A stretch of 61,316 nucleotides of DNA from a virus. Lineage: Duplodnaviria > Caudoviricetes. The DNA lies in IMG/VR virus record IMGVR_UViG_3300023109_000024, positions 1 through 61,316 of that record; one strand, 5' to 3'. Numbering within the stretch: position 1 is the stretch's first letter; the number at the start of each line of letters is the position of its first letter. The notes under the pieces are model-generated. The model was given only the letters and a program-made list of their open reading frames with translations, was not told the DNA's origin and made no database searches. This document shows positions 47,557 through 56,432 of this stretch, piece by piece. Made by a program: the position numbers and the translations under genes.

Positions 47557-49407
47557 TTAAAAGTCGAAAATAAGTTTTACTTTTTCTTTGGATGATTCTG
47601 TTCTCGTAATAGGATCAAAATCAACGAAATGTAACAACTCACCAGTGAACGGTGTGTAAACACTTTGTATAACACTATTTATAGTGCTACTGAAAGCAGT
47701 GCTTGAAGATTCTTTTGTTTCTTTTATTTCAATGTTTGTATTAGTGTTAAATGTTTTACTATACGCACCTACTGCGTCTGTTACATATAACTCTGTATGC
47801 GTTAAAGATCCTGTGTTTGTGGGATCGGTATATTTAACTTCGTGAATAATGCCTTCACATGTTTCACCGTTCTCAGTTTGTGCTATATAAAATCCTGGCG
47901 CCGCTTGCGCAGTTGTCATTTTAACATCTTTGACAATTTTAATTCTGTTATCAAGCGTATTGGGTATTTCCATAACCTTACCGCCGTTTGTGTCAGTATT
48001 GATTACTTTCGCAGCAATCACTGAACCTACAGAATAAACGACACCTGTTGTACCTGCGATTGTATTCCATGCCGCTTGTTGATCACCGACACCAAGATTA
48101 GTGATTTTATAATTGTTGTTCAATTGTGTTTTCAAATCATCTGATAAACCTGCTCCGAACGTGTCAACAATTCTGAAGTGAGGGTTCTTAACAACTCCAA
48201 CTTCAGTATAGGTATTTGTACTAGGAGTATTTGTCGTTATATCGCTAAGGAATGTTGTCACTGTTTCAGCCCGACTCATAAACAATTCGTGAATAGGGTC
48301 AAATCCATGGCCGCCATTAGGAGAATGAATTACACGGATTTGTGATCCTTCAATAGCAGTGCCTGCAGGTTGTCCTGGCTGTTGCAATTCAGCAATTGCA
48401 TAGTCATATCCCGAACCTTTTGTTTTAAAATTCACATTTAATAAATTGCCTGATGAATCTATAACACCGTATGCAAGCGCTTGAGTTCCTGAAGCGTCAT
48501 TGGGTTTCGATACTTGTATCTTAGGCAACACTTCTACTGATTGATCAATAAACGAATTGGGAATACTTGATGTAGTCACATCAATATACAATAATTTATT
48601 TCCTGCAACAGCAAATGCTGGAGTTGAACTATCAACAATATCTAACAATGAGCCATCAGCGAGGCGCAAGTACATATTCTTATATTCACCGGAAGTTGAT
48701 TTAACTTCTTGAGTAGTTGTAAGTTCAATTCTATATGTTGTGGCATTCAGTGATACTGCTGAAACAACAGTTGCCTGTCCGGGACTACCTACAGGTCCTA
48801 CAACATACGAACTAAATGCTTCTGCGGGTGATGCATCAACTATAAGATCTCCTATACCTTGTTGAGCAGATGACGATACAGTCGTGCTTGGAATATAGGG
48901 TAAAAAATTTGCTGTGCCGAATGATATGTATTCTGCGGGAGGAACATCAAACATATATTTCCACACATATCCATCTTCTTCGGTTGTTTCATAATTAGTT
49001 GATGTTGACAAAGCGGTCGAAGGACTGTTTACAGAAGGTTGTCTGCCATTGTTACGAATACATTTAAAAACTTTATACGATGTTTCGTTTATCGTTCCAT
49101 CAAGAACAGTAATATAAAAGTTTTTCGAACTCATATCTTGACCATCATCAAATGCATCATATATTGTACCTGATGCCCAGGGTCGTCTTTCAAACATATA
49201 TCTTACATCAGAAATGTCTATCTTATTGCCAAAGATAACCCTACGTTGGAATTCACGAATGTCATTTTGACTATTAATTATGGCAGTTGCATCAGCGGTA
49301 TGTGATGATGCCATAATGTAATAATCATTTTTAGCAGCGTCCGCAAAAGAATCTACAAACTCATTTGTAGATTCGATTCTAAAACTTTCAGTTACAACCT
49401 TTGCCAT
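47557..49407 (-). CDS. gp8: Baseplate wedge protein, gp8-like
   Basis: W.SGTIYD.FDD, YKVFKCIRNN, DGYVWKYMF, SPNGGHGFDPIHEL, C-terminal GE.L......ITR....E..K....F. Confidence 0.82.
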   Translation of the reverse strand: MAKVVTESFRIESTNEFVDSFADAAKNDYYIMASSHTADATAIINSQNDIREFQRRVIFGNKIDISDVRYMFERRPWASGTIYDAFDDGQDMSSKNFYITVLDGTINETSYKVFKCIRNNGRQPSVNSPSTALSTSTNYETTEEDGYVWKYMFDVPPAEYISFGTANFLPYIPSTTVSSSAQQGIGDLIVDASPAEAFSSYVVGPVGSPGQATVVSAVSLNATTYRIELTTTQEVKSTSGEYKNMYLRLADGSLLDIVDSSTPAFAVAGNKLLYIDVTTSSIPNSFIDQSVEVLPKIQVSKPNDASGTQALAYGVIDSSGNLLNVNFKTKGSGYDYAIAELQQPGQPAGTAIEGSQIRVIHSPNGGHGFDPIHELFMSRAETVTTFLSDITTNTPSTNTYTEVGVVKNPHFRIVDTFGAGLSDDLKTQLNNNYKITNLGVGDQQAAWNTIAGTTGVVYSVGSVIAAKVINTDTNGGKVMEIPNTLDNRIKIVKDVKMTTAQAAPGFYIAQTENGETCEGIIHEVKYTDPTNTGSLTHTELYVTDAVGAYSKTFNTNTNIEIKETKESSSTAFSSTINSVIQSVYTPFTGELLHFVDFDPITRTESSKEKVKLIFDF

Positions 49408-49433
49408 GTAAAAATTTTCCTAAGTGTTTGTTT

Positions 49434-49441
49434 TATTTATG
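49434..49441 (-). promoter_or_regulatory. Late promoter variant (CATAAATA)
   Basis: Plus-strand tatttatg in the intergenic gap, ~27 nt upstream of the gp8 ATG. Confidence 0.55.
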
Positions 49442-49448
49442 AAGATAA

Positions 49449-52418
49449 TCATGAATTAAATTCCACAACTACTGTATCTGGTTCTTCTAATTCAAGTACA
49501 AATCGTGCAGGTATGACATAAGCATCGCTAGGCAATCCTGTTCCGTTTACTATAGGAACAAATCTTGTGCCGGGCAAGAATGTTCCACTAGTGCCAGCAA
49601 TGGCCCCCCAGGCACCATTTCGCAGGTTGGCATCAGCAAATGTTCCTATGCCAACAATAACATATGGTGTACCTACTTCGAAATCACCTGCATACACATA
49701 CTCGTGATTCAAACCAAGTGAAGAATAATCAGCACCTAATAGCGAACCATCTCTGCTTGCTATTTCAATATATTGTGTGGATCCGTCATCATTGCGGACT
49801 AACAATTCTTCTCGTCTATTGAACCGTATAACACTTGAATCAACTCGTGGGCCAATGTCGTTAGAAGTTGAAACCAAAGGTGTCCCGAAGAACTTTGTTC
49901 CTGCTACATGAACAACATCTTTTAGAGTTTTTTCATATACGCTAGGGTCTAGGATTGTCGCAACATCGTATGAATATTCTTGATAATAATCATTGTCATG
50001 AATATATCTATTCGAATCAGATAGATGTGAAGTCGTTGTTTCCCATTTACCTTCTGTTATACCTGCGTCTGTGACAGTAATTTTTGCTGAACCAACCCAC
50101 GCATTATATTTATCTTCGTTCTTAGAGTCATTATTTATTAACTTGACTTCTTCTCCTGACGTATATCTAAATCCTGATTTAATGACATCAACACCCACAA
50201 TCCTTCCTGCCAAATAGTTCGCATCGCCTTCTACAACAGCGTTTCCTCCTAAGTTGTCATACCCATTAATTTTTACAATAGAAGTGATCGATATTGTGTT
50301 GCCTGAAAATTCAATAGAGGAACCATTAATATCAAACCCGTAAAAACTTAAGGGTTGAAATATAAAACTATCTTCTTGTTTACTTACAAGTTTTGCTTTT
50401 GCAGTATAGGGAATTGTTCCCCCTGAATTAATAAACTCGTCATTCGAATCTTTTGTCAAATCAGGAACTTGAATTGTTTGCTCTAAGATGTCTCCAATCT
50501 GCATACCGAAGTTAGATTTGTTAAACCTCAATGCGATTGTCGTGTAATCAAACTTGTACATATCATTATTTCTAATGTATGCTCTTGCATCATTTTCATA
50601 ACCTGAACCTGATGATGTTACTTTAATTGTATCAAGCGATCCTAGTTCAGTTGTCTTAGATCCTAATGCATCTGCTAGTCGTGATCTATAATCTGAATAC
50701 GATGCGCCTGACATTCTATAATTGTTATCTGTTCTGCTTAGAACTGTTCCTGTCATATTCGCAAGGTTGGGAGGCGGATAATGTGCATCCCATTGTTCTT
50801 CAGTAATACCAAATGTTGTTCCCGGTAAATTATTTTGGGCACCAAAGAAAGGATGCGTGAAGTCAGTGTTACCTGATGTGATAATCTCATAATCCTTGTT
50901 GATTACAAAACTTTTAAGTATCCCATCGTTTACCCAGTCGCTTACATCTTGTATCGGCGGTAGCGGGAATGAAAGATACCTACTTGCAAAATCACCAATC
51001 ACATCTGTAAAGAATGTAACAGTTTCTGTATTGTTAAATGTTTCGAAATCAAACTTTGCTGAATCATTAAAGTCACTTATCGCATTGACTGCAAATGGCC
51101 CTTTAGAATTGTCTAGGCCAGCAAGATATTGATCAGGAGTAACTACAGCTATTGCTCCTGCATAATCAGGAATATCTGCTAGTTGCACAACCTGAGTTAA
51201 ATCAGCACCATTCCTTACATGGAAAGCACCTTGATAATATGTTCCACCTTGCTCAGGTCCTAATGGTGACGTAAAATCATCTGCAGAAAATGTTGTAGGA
51301 TCGTAACCTGCATATGATGATACAAACAATAGTGGATATTCATATTTTACAACTGTTGCGGTGCCGTACAATCTGTAATCAGTGGTTGCCTGTCCTGTTG
51401 CCTTATCCATCATACCACCGAAATCCCGATTACCAAATGGGCCGGAATATACACCCGCATTCGTTGTGACAATATCACCAGGGTTTATTGTTCCTACTGA
51501 AGCAGCATCAATACTAAGAACTAATACTTGACTTGATATTAATATATCGTTATCATTGACTTGTGCAAATGTTTGTCCACCCAAAGGTTGTGTTGTATCA
51601 TAACCCCAACCGCCATCTTCCAATTCCCATTCAATCGTACCTGTAGGGATAGGAGATATTTCACGAACAACTCCTTCACCGCCTTCACCATATAATGACG
51701 ATTCAAGTTTTAGTTTATCGCCAACCTTATTACTTGCAGTTGCATCTTTATTTAATACTTCTGGTTTTGCAACAGAACCGTATATCAATTTGCCTGGAAA
51801 CGAATCAACACCTGCTCGTGTGACTTTCAATGCATCATCAGAATTGAATTTGCCGTATACGTTTGAGATATACCCTACCGGAACCTGAACACCATCAATA
51901 TTATAGAATACAATCTCGTCAATAAACGCAGTTGCCTTCGTTGAATCCCCTTCGATAATATCACCCCTTTGCACAGGAAAGGTGGCGGTGTTCGATATAG
52001 GTTTAAATTCAAGGTACGTAGAGAATGCCCACTTCGAATCAGACAATGTTAATATAGAGGACGCTGGGTAATACGTTTCAATTTCTTCTTTATAAAACAT
52101 TCTAAACATTAATTCTAATGCTTCTTGTGTACCTTTACTGCGATATAAATCAGCAATGTTCTTTACAATAAACGGAATGTCTTGTGTAGATGACTCGGGA
52201 AATGGTAACTTATGCAGATACTTATCTTTAAAGTGCTTAAGGAACTGATCTAATGTATTATCAATATCCCCTATAGCACTAAAGTTTCTTTCTGCCGTGC
52301 CGTCAAGAAATTCATAATACGACTTTACAAACTCAATAAAATCGGGACCATCTTCACGATAGATCTTCGGGAATTGATCCGCTATGTGACTCTTGATCGA
52401 GGATGGTCGATATTCCAT
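49449..52418 (-). CDS. gp7: Baseplate wedge initiator, gp7-like
   Basis: QFP..YREDGPDFIEFVKSYYEFL, DLYRSKGT..AL..FRM.Y, IHDNDYYQEYSY...VHVAGTKFFG; lies between gp6 and gp8. Confidence 0.78.
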   Translation of the reverse strand: MEYRPSSIKSHIADQFPKIYREDGPDFIEFVKSYYEFLDGTAERNFSAIGDIDNTLDQFLKHFKDKYLHKLPFPESSTQDIPFIVKNIADLYRSKGTQEALELMFRMFYKEEIETYYPASSILTLSDSKWAFSTYLEFKPISNTATFPVQRGDIIEGDSTKATAFIDEIVFYNIDGVQVPVGYISNVYGKFNSDDALKVTRAGVDSFPGKLIYGSVAKPEVLNKDATASNKVGDKLKLESSLYGEGGEGVVREISPIPTGTIEWELEDGGWGYDTTQPLGGQTFAQVNDNDILISSQVLVLSIDAASVGTINPGDIVTTNAGVYSGPFGNRDFGGMMDKATGQATTDYRLYGTATVVKYEYPLLFVSSYAGYDPTTFSADDFTSPLGPEQGGTYYQGAFHVRNGADLTQVVQLADIPDYAGAIAVVTPDQYLAGLDNSKGPFAVNAISDFNDSAKFDFETFNNTETVTFFTDVIGDFASRYLSFPLPPIQDVSDWVNDGILKSFVINKDYEIITSGNTDFTHPFFGAQNNLPGTTFGITEEQWDAHYPPPNLANMTGTVLSRTDNNYRMSGASYSDYRSRLADALGSKTTELGSLDTIKVTSSGSGYENDARAYIRNNDMYKFDYTTIALRFNKSNFGMQIGDILEQTIQVPDLTKDSNDEFINSGGTIPYTAKAKLVSKQEDSFIFQPLSFYGFDINGSSIEFSGNTISITSIVKINGYDNLGGNAVVEGDANYLAGRIVGVDVIKSGFRYTSGEEVKLINNDSKNEDKYNAWVGSAKITVTDAGITEGKWETTTSHLSDSNRYIHDNDYYQEYSYDVATILDPSVYEKTLKDVVHVAGTKFFGTPLVSTSNDIGPRVDSSVIRFNRREELLVRNDDGSTQYIEIASRDGSLLGADYSSLGLNHEYVYAGDFEVGTPYVIVGIGTFADANLRNGAWGAIAGTSGTFLPGTRFVPIVNGTGLPSDAYVIPARFVLELEEPDTVVVEFNS

Positions 52419-54166
52419 TAAACTGCCCTTGTAGTAACTGATGTATCTGATTGACGTATTCTAAAGATACGATCCTTTGGTGCTGTAAAGTCACGATTCG
52501 CAGGAGTCACAATTATTTGAATCGCATTACCTTCAAATGAAGCAACAATGAAATCTTTTAGTATGATTTGCCCTGATTGATAATCAATAGATCCTACACT
52601 CTTCTTATATACAGAACGTAATGGATCATTCGCAACAATTGCTTGTACTACGCCATTACCATCATCCTGTAATTCAACAATCGTATTATCAATTACGAAT
52701 CGTGTAGATGATACTGCGGGCTTATAATCTAATAATCCGTTTGTTGTGTTAAATGGATATGGTTTCAATAACTGTGTATTGAAATTAAATATAGGACTTT
52801 CTATTGTACTCAATGCAGGTTTATAATCAATCATTGGATTTACATGTGCTGATATTGATACGATCGAATCATCACTCAACGATAATTCATAACTCAGATC
52901 AGATAAACTTAAAGTCGAAGCAAACGTATTTAAATTGTTTTCGTTGTACGTAGCGAGTGCATCTCGAACGAGTGCTTCTAAGGCGGCCGGAGTCGATAAT
53001 GATGTATTCCGACTATAAGTCACATTGATATTTGTCTTCCCATATATGAAATCTGCTTCTTGGAAAACTGGCTCAATGGTTAACGGACTCTTTGTTTTAA
53101 TATAATCTTTATATAACGCAAGTTCAGTATCTGCAGCACCATCACGACCTTGTACATCAACAACAACAATCACACGACCAAACTGTGGAGGCGTTGCTTC
53201 GTCACCACCAAACACACTAATGTTTTCAATCTCAGGAAACTGTGTCTTAAGCAATACTTCGTAATCACTAGCAGTTACAGCACGATCCTGAACTTGAAAC
53301 GCTTTTGGAGCAAACTGTTTCACGGATTCCACTGATTCAGCATCTGCGCCGCCTACGGATAATCCAACAGGAGTCACAGCAACACTCGATGCCCCTATTG
53401 CTCCTGCATTAATAGTAAATGATTTAACACCATTTGCTTGCGCACCAGAGGAAACACGATACGATACTTCAATGACATCTGTAGCAGTTGGTTGATAACC
53501 AAATAATGTTTGTCCAAATTGTACCGAGTATGTATCATTTAATTCTGGTTGTAGATAGAATACTTTATCATTTTGACCTACACCGAATATACCTGTCTTA
53601 TATGCGTACTCATCACCATTCACAAATACACGAATAGAGCGAGTATCAATTGATGAATTACTGAGTGTCGTATTTGTATGTGTTAATACTTCGGTGATAT
53701 TACGACCTTCAAACACCGCCATATTATCAATACCAAATGTATTCCCACTAATACGTGTAGCAATATGTGCTTTAGTTGCTAAGAAGTTGTATGATATATT
53801 ACCACATCTACCTAAGAACGAAGCCCCTCGTGGAATAACAAATGTATTCCCTGTTTGACTTGATGTGATAGTTAAGTTTAATAGCGAACCAGATGATCTC
53901 TTACTACGTGGTAAATAATTTAATTCTTTTGCATGAGATATAATACTGTTCTTTAATACAGCACTATCAAGGAATGTTTCCCCTAGTGTCATATTATAGT
54001 ATTGCATATTATTATAAGCATTATATGCCATAATGTCAACCAATACATTCATATTCGAACCCTGGAAATCGTAACCTACAAATTCATCTTGATTTGTCAA
54101 ATGTGCAATCAAATTATCCTTGACATCGTTGAAGTCTAGATTCGTGTATGGTGCTATCTTTGCCAT
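52418..54166 (-). CDS. gp6: Baseplate wedge protein gp6
   Basis: LDF..VK.NL, YDFQGSNM..L.D..AYN, E.FLDSA, GG...ES.ESVK..AP..F..QDRAVTA.DY, GGDE..PP.FGRV. Confidence 0.95.
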   Translation of the reverse strand: MAKIAPYTNLDFNDVKDNLIAHLTNQDEFVGYDFQGSNMNVLVDIMAYNAYNNMQYYNMTLGETFLDSAVLKNSIISHAKELNYLPRSKRSSGSLLNLTITSSQTGNTFVIPRGASFLGRCGNISYNFLATKAHIATRISGNTFGIDNMAVFEGRNITEVLTHTNTTLSNSSIDTRSIRVFVNGDEYAYKTGIFGVGQNDKVFYLQPELNDTYSVQFGQTLFGYQPTATDVIEVSYRVSSGAQANGVKSFTINAGAIGASSVAVTPVGLSVGGADAESVESVKQFAPKAFQVQDRAVTASDYEVLLKTQFPEIENISVFGGDEATPPQFGRVIVVVDVQGRDGAADTELALYKDYIKTKSPLTIEPVFQEADFIYGKTNINVTYSRNTSLSTPAALEALVRDALATYNENNLNTFASTLSLSDLSYELSLSDDSIVSISAHVNPMIDYKPALSTIESPIFNFNTQLLKPYPFNTTNGLLDYKPAVSSTRFVIDNTIVELQDDGNGVVQAIVANDPLRSVYKKSVGSIDYQSGQIILKDFIVASFEGNAIQIIVTPANRDFTAPKDRIFRIRQSDTSVTTRAV

Positions 54167-54169
54167 TTC

Positions 54170-54577
54170 TTATCGTGTCCTATCTAACAGTACCTGAAAT
54201 GATACTGGGTTATCTGTATTTATTAATCGAAACAATATTGTTACGTATACTTGATTGCTATCTATATCCCCTAGTACATCAACACCTAGTAGATCACATC
54301 GTGGTTCGTATAGTTCAATCGCCTCTTCAACAACAGTTTTAATTAAATCATATGTTTGTGGTGTAGCATTTTCGAATAATAATTTATCTAAGTCACACCC
54401 AAATCCTGGTTGAAATGGACGTTCTCCTTTATTCGTTAATATAATATTTTTTATGCTTTCTTTAATAGCATTCTCATTTATCTTACGTGCTATATCTTCT
54501 TTACCAGGAATGATCGTCAGATCCTTGAAGAAATCCGATGCCACGATACGTTTGATTTTATTGGGTGTAGTTGCCAT
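54170..54577 (-). CDS. gp25: Baseplate wedge subunit gp25
   Basis: AIKESIKNIILTNKGERPFQPGFG..L..LLFEN...YEPR. Confidence 0.95.
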   Translation of the reverse strand: MATTPNKIKRIVASDFFKDLTIIPGKEDIARKINENAIKESIKNIILTNKGERPFQPGFGCDLDKLLFENATPQTYDLIKTVVEEAIELYEPRCDLLGVDVLGDIDSNQVYVTILFRLINTDNPVSFQVLLDRTR

Positions 54578-54600
54578 GTCTTATTCCTGGGTTTATATAT

Positions 54601-54608
54601 TATTTATG
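54601..54608 (-). promoter_or_regulatory. Late promoter variant (CATAAATA) overlapping the upstream stop codon
   Basis: Plus-strand tatttatg, ~24 nt before the gp25 ATG. Confidence 0.5.
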
Positions 54609-56430
54609 TAGGTTGCTTCACGGCGTAGTAGTAATGCCACAAATCACTTTCATGCCGCCTTATCACACCAGACACCGAGTCGGAATATATACTACTTAAT
54701 GCTTGTACTCGTGCATCACTAGCCCCGGGTGTTGATTCTATTGCGTTGTTGTAATCTGCCTTTAGTTTCTTACCTAAAATACCGCCTCTCTTCATATTAG
54801 ATATAATGATACTGTCTTTGTCTGCAACAATAAACTTAACACCAGCACGACTAGCTGCTATAGCATATGCCAATGCATTCTCAACACCTTCCTCAAATTC
54901 AATTTTTATATTATCGCCTTTTCGTTGTGTCTTATGCTTACCATCAAAGTGGAATGCTCTATTCACTTTAATATCCGTACCTAATTGTCGTGCCATATCT
55001 AATACCTGACACCATAACTTTGTTTTTGTCTTTGTCCAACCTGGTCCTGCTGCCCCTGTATCACGACCCGCCTTATCAAATGGTGTTTGAATACCCGGGT
55101 GATTCGCACCGGTAAATATTATAGGTCCTACGCCGCCAGTAATAGACGTATCTGTTTGTAATTGTTTCACATATTTTTGTTCATCTTTCGGCAAATGCTT
55201 TGCTTTATATACTTTTGGATACGTACTATATACGTTTATTTCAAATTCTTTAATATCATCATAGGCAAATTCATTCGACATGCCTACGCCATCTTGCAAT
55301 TCACCGTATTGTAACATCTGATTTGCCACAAGATCATGCACATTTGAACTCAAATTACGTTGTGTATTTGTATATTCTTCTTTTTTCGATTCAACATCAG
55401 CAGGATCCATACGTGTCGCACCTTTAGAAACTGTGTCTTGACTCGCTCTAGCACTCATACTTTTAGCGGATGCTTTGGTTTGTTCAACGGCGGATGCGGT
55501 CAAAATCAATTGCTGAAGTGGTTTCTCGCTCGAAGATTGTATAGCTTCACTCACTTGACACAAGCGAAACATCAATAATCCTAGTGCTTTTGCGTCTAAT
55601 TTATCGAATCCAGACCCTATATTCGCAATCATTTTCTCTACACCATCCATCATTCCGTTCTTATTCTTGTCGGATGTGAATGCATTTACCTTATCTATTG
55701 CCTGTTGAATGTCGGCACTTATCTCTTCTAACCCGGCAGTTATCGATTGTGCTTGCTTTTTAACCTTCTCAACTACCTTATCTATAGCATCTTCTAATGA
55801 TTTCTTAATACCTTCTAGTGCTAATTTACTCTTTAACTGTTCTAAAATTTCATCTATTGTAGGTATGCCGTCTAGATTAAACCCTGGCATGTCCCCTAAT
55901 GAATCTGCTTTCTTCTTTAATGCTATTAATAGTCCCCCTATGAGAGCAACCTTCAATGCGAATGCAGCACATTGACCCGATGATAATGATGCCCCTATGT
56001 TCGCATCAAAGAAATCAGACATCAATCCTAATGTCAAGTCAATATCAGCAGGTATTTGAGCACCGGGTGTCCAATTCGACATATCTAATGATACTTGGCC
56101 AGGCAATCCCCCTGATAATGCCGCTCCTGTTTCCGTTGCGAATATAGCAACTTCGGCAGTCGATATAGGTCCTACTGATAACCTTTCATTTAATTTAGGA
56201 TATTTGTTCGCAAACATATCCCCTGTAACAGTCGCAGGTGGTTCTGTAACACGTTGTTGACTTGCCTTTTTATTTAATTCTTCTGTTACAGCAGATAGTG
56301 TTGCCCCATCAATGTTCTTTGCAGGATCAGATAGATTCAGAAGTTCATCATCAGTTAATATATTACTAAATTGTTCTCCTGCATCCTTAACTGCGAGGGC
56401 AAATTGTGTTGGGCATTGCTTATCAGTCAT
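54604..56430 (-). CDS. Spike-associated protein: helical/coiled-coil body with a degenerate peptidase-M15-like C-terminal domain
   Basis: 608 aa ORF between gp5 and gp25; long amphipathic helices; C-terminal region resembles the M15 scaffold but lacks the Zn ligands. Confidence 0.5.
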   Translation of the reverse strand: MTDKQCPTQFALAVKDAGEQFSNILTDDELLNLSDPAKNIDGATLSAVTEELNKKASQQRVTEPPATVTGDMFANKYPKLNERLSVGPISTAEVAIFATETGAALSGGLPGQVSLDMSNWTPGAQIPADIDLTLGLMSDFFDANIGASLSSGQCAAFALKVALIGGLLIALKKKADSLGDMPGFNLDGIPTIDEILEQLKSKLALEGIKKSLEDAIDKVVEKVKKQAQSITAGLEEISADIQQAIDKVNAFTSDKNKNGMMDGVEKMIANIGSGFDKLDAKALGLLMFRLCQVSEAIQSSSEKPLQQLILTASAVEQTKASAKSMSARASQDTVSKGATRMDPADVESKKEEYTNTQRNLSSNVHDLVANQMLQYGELQDGVGMSNEFAYDDIKEFEINVYSTYPKVYKAKHLPKDEQKYVKQLQTDTSITGGVGPIIFTGANHPGIQTPFDKAGRDTGAAGPGWTKTKTKLWCQVLDMARQLGTDIKVNRAFHFDGKHKTQRKGDNIKIEFEEGVENALAYAIAASRAGVKFIVADKDSIIISNMKRGGILGKKLKADYNNAIESTPGASDARVQALSSIYSDSVSGVIRRHESDLWHYYYAVKQPT

Positions 56431-56432
56431 AA

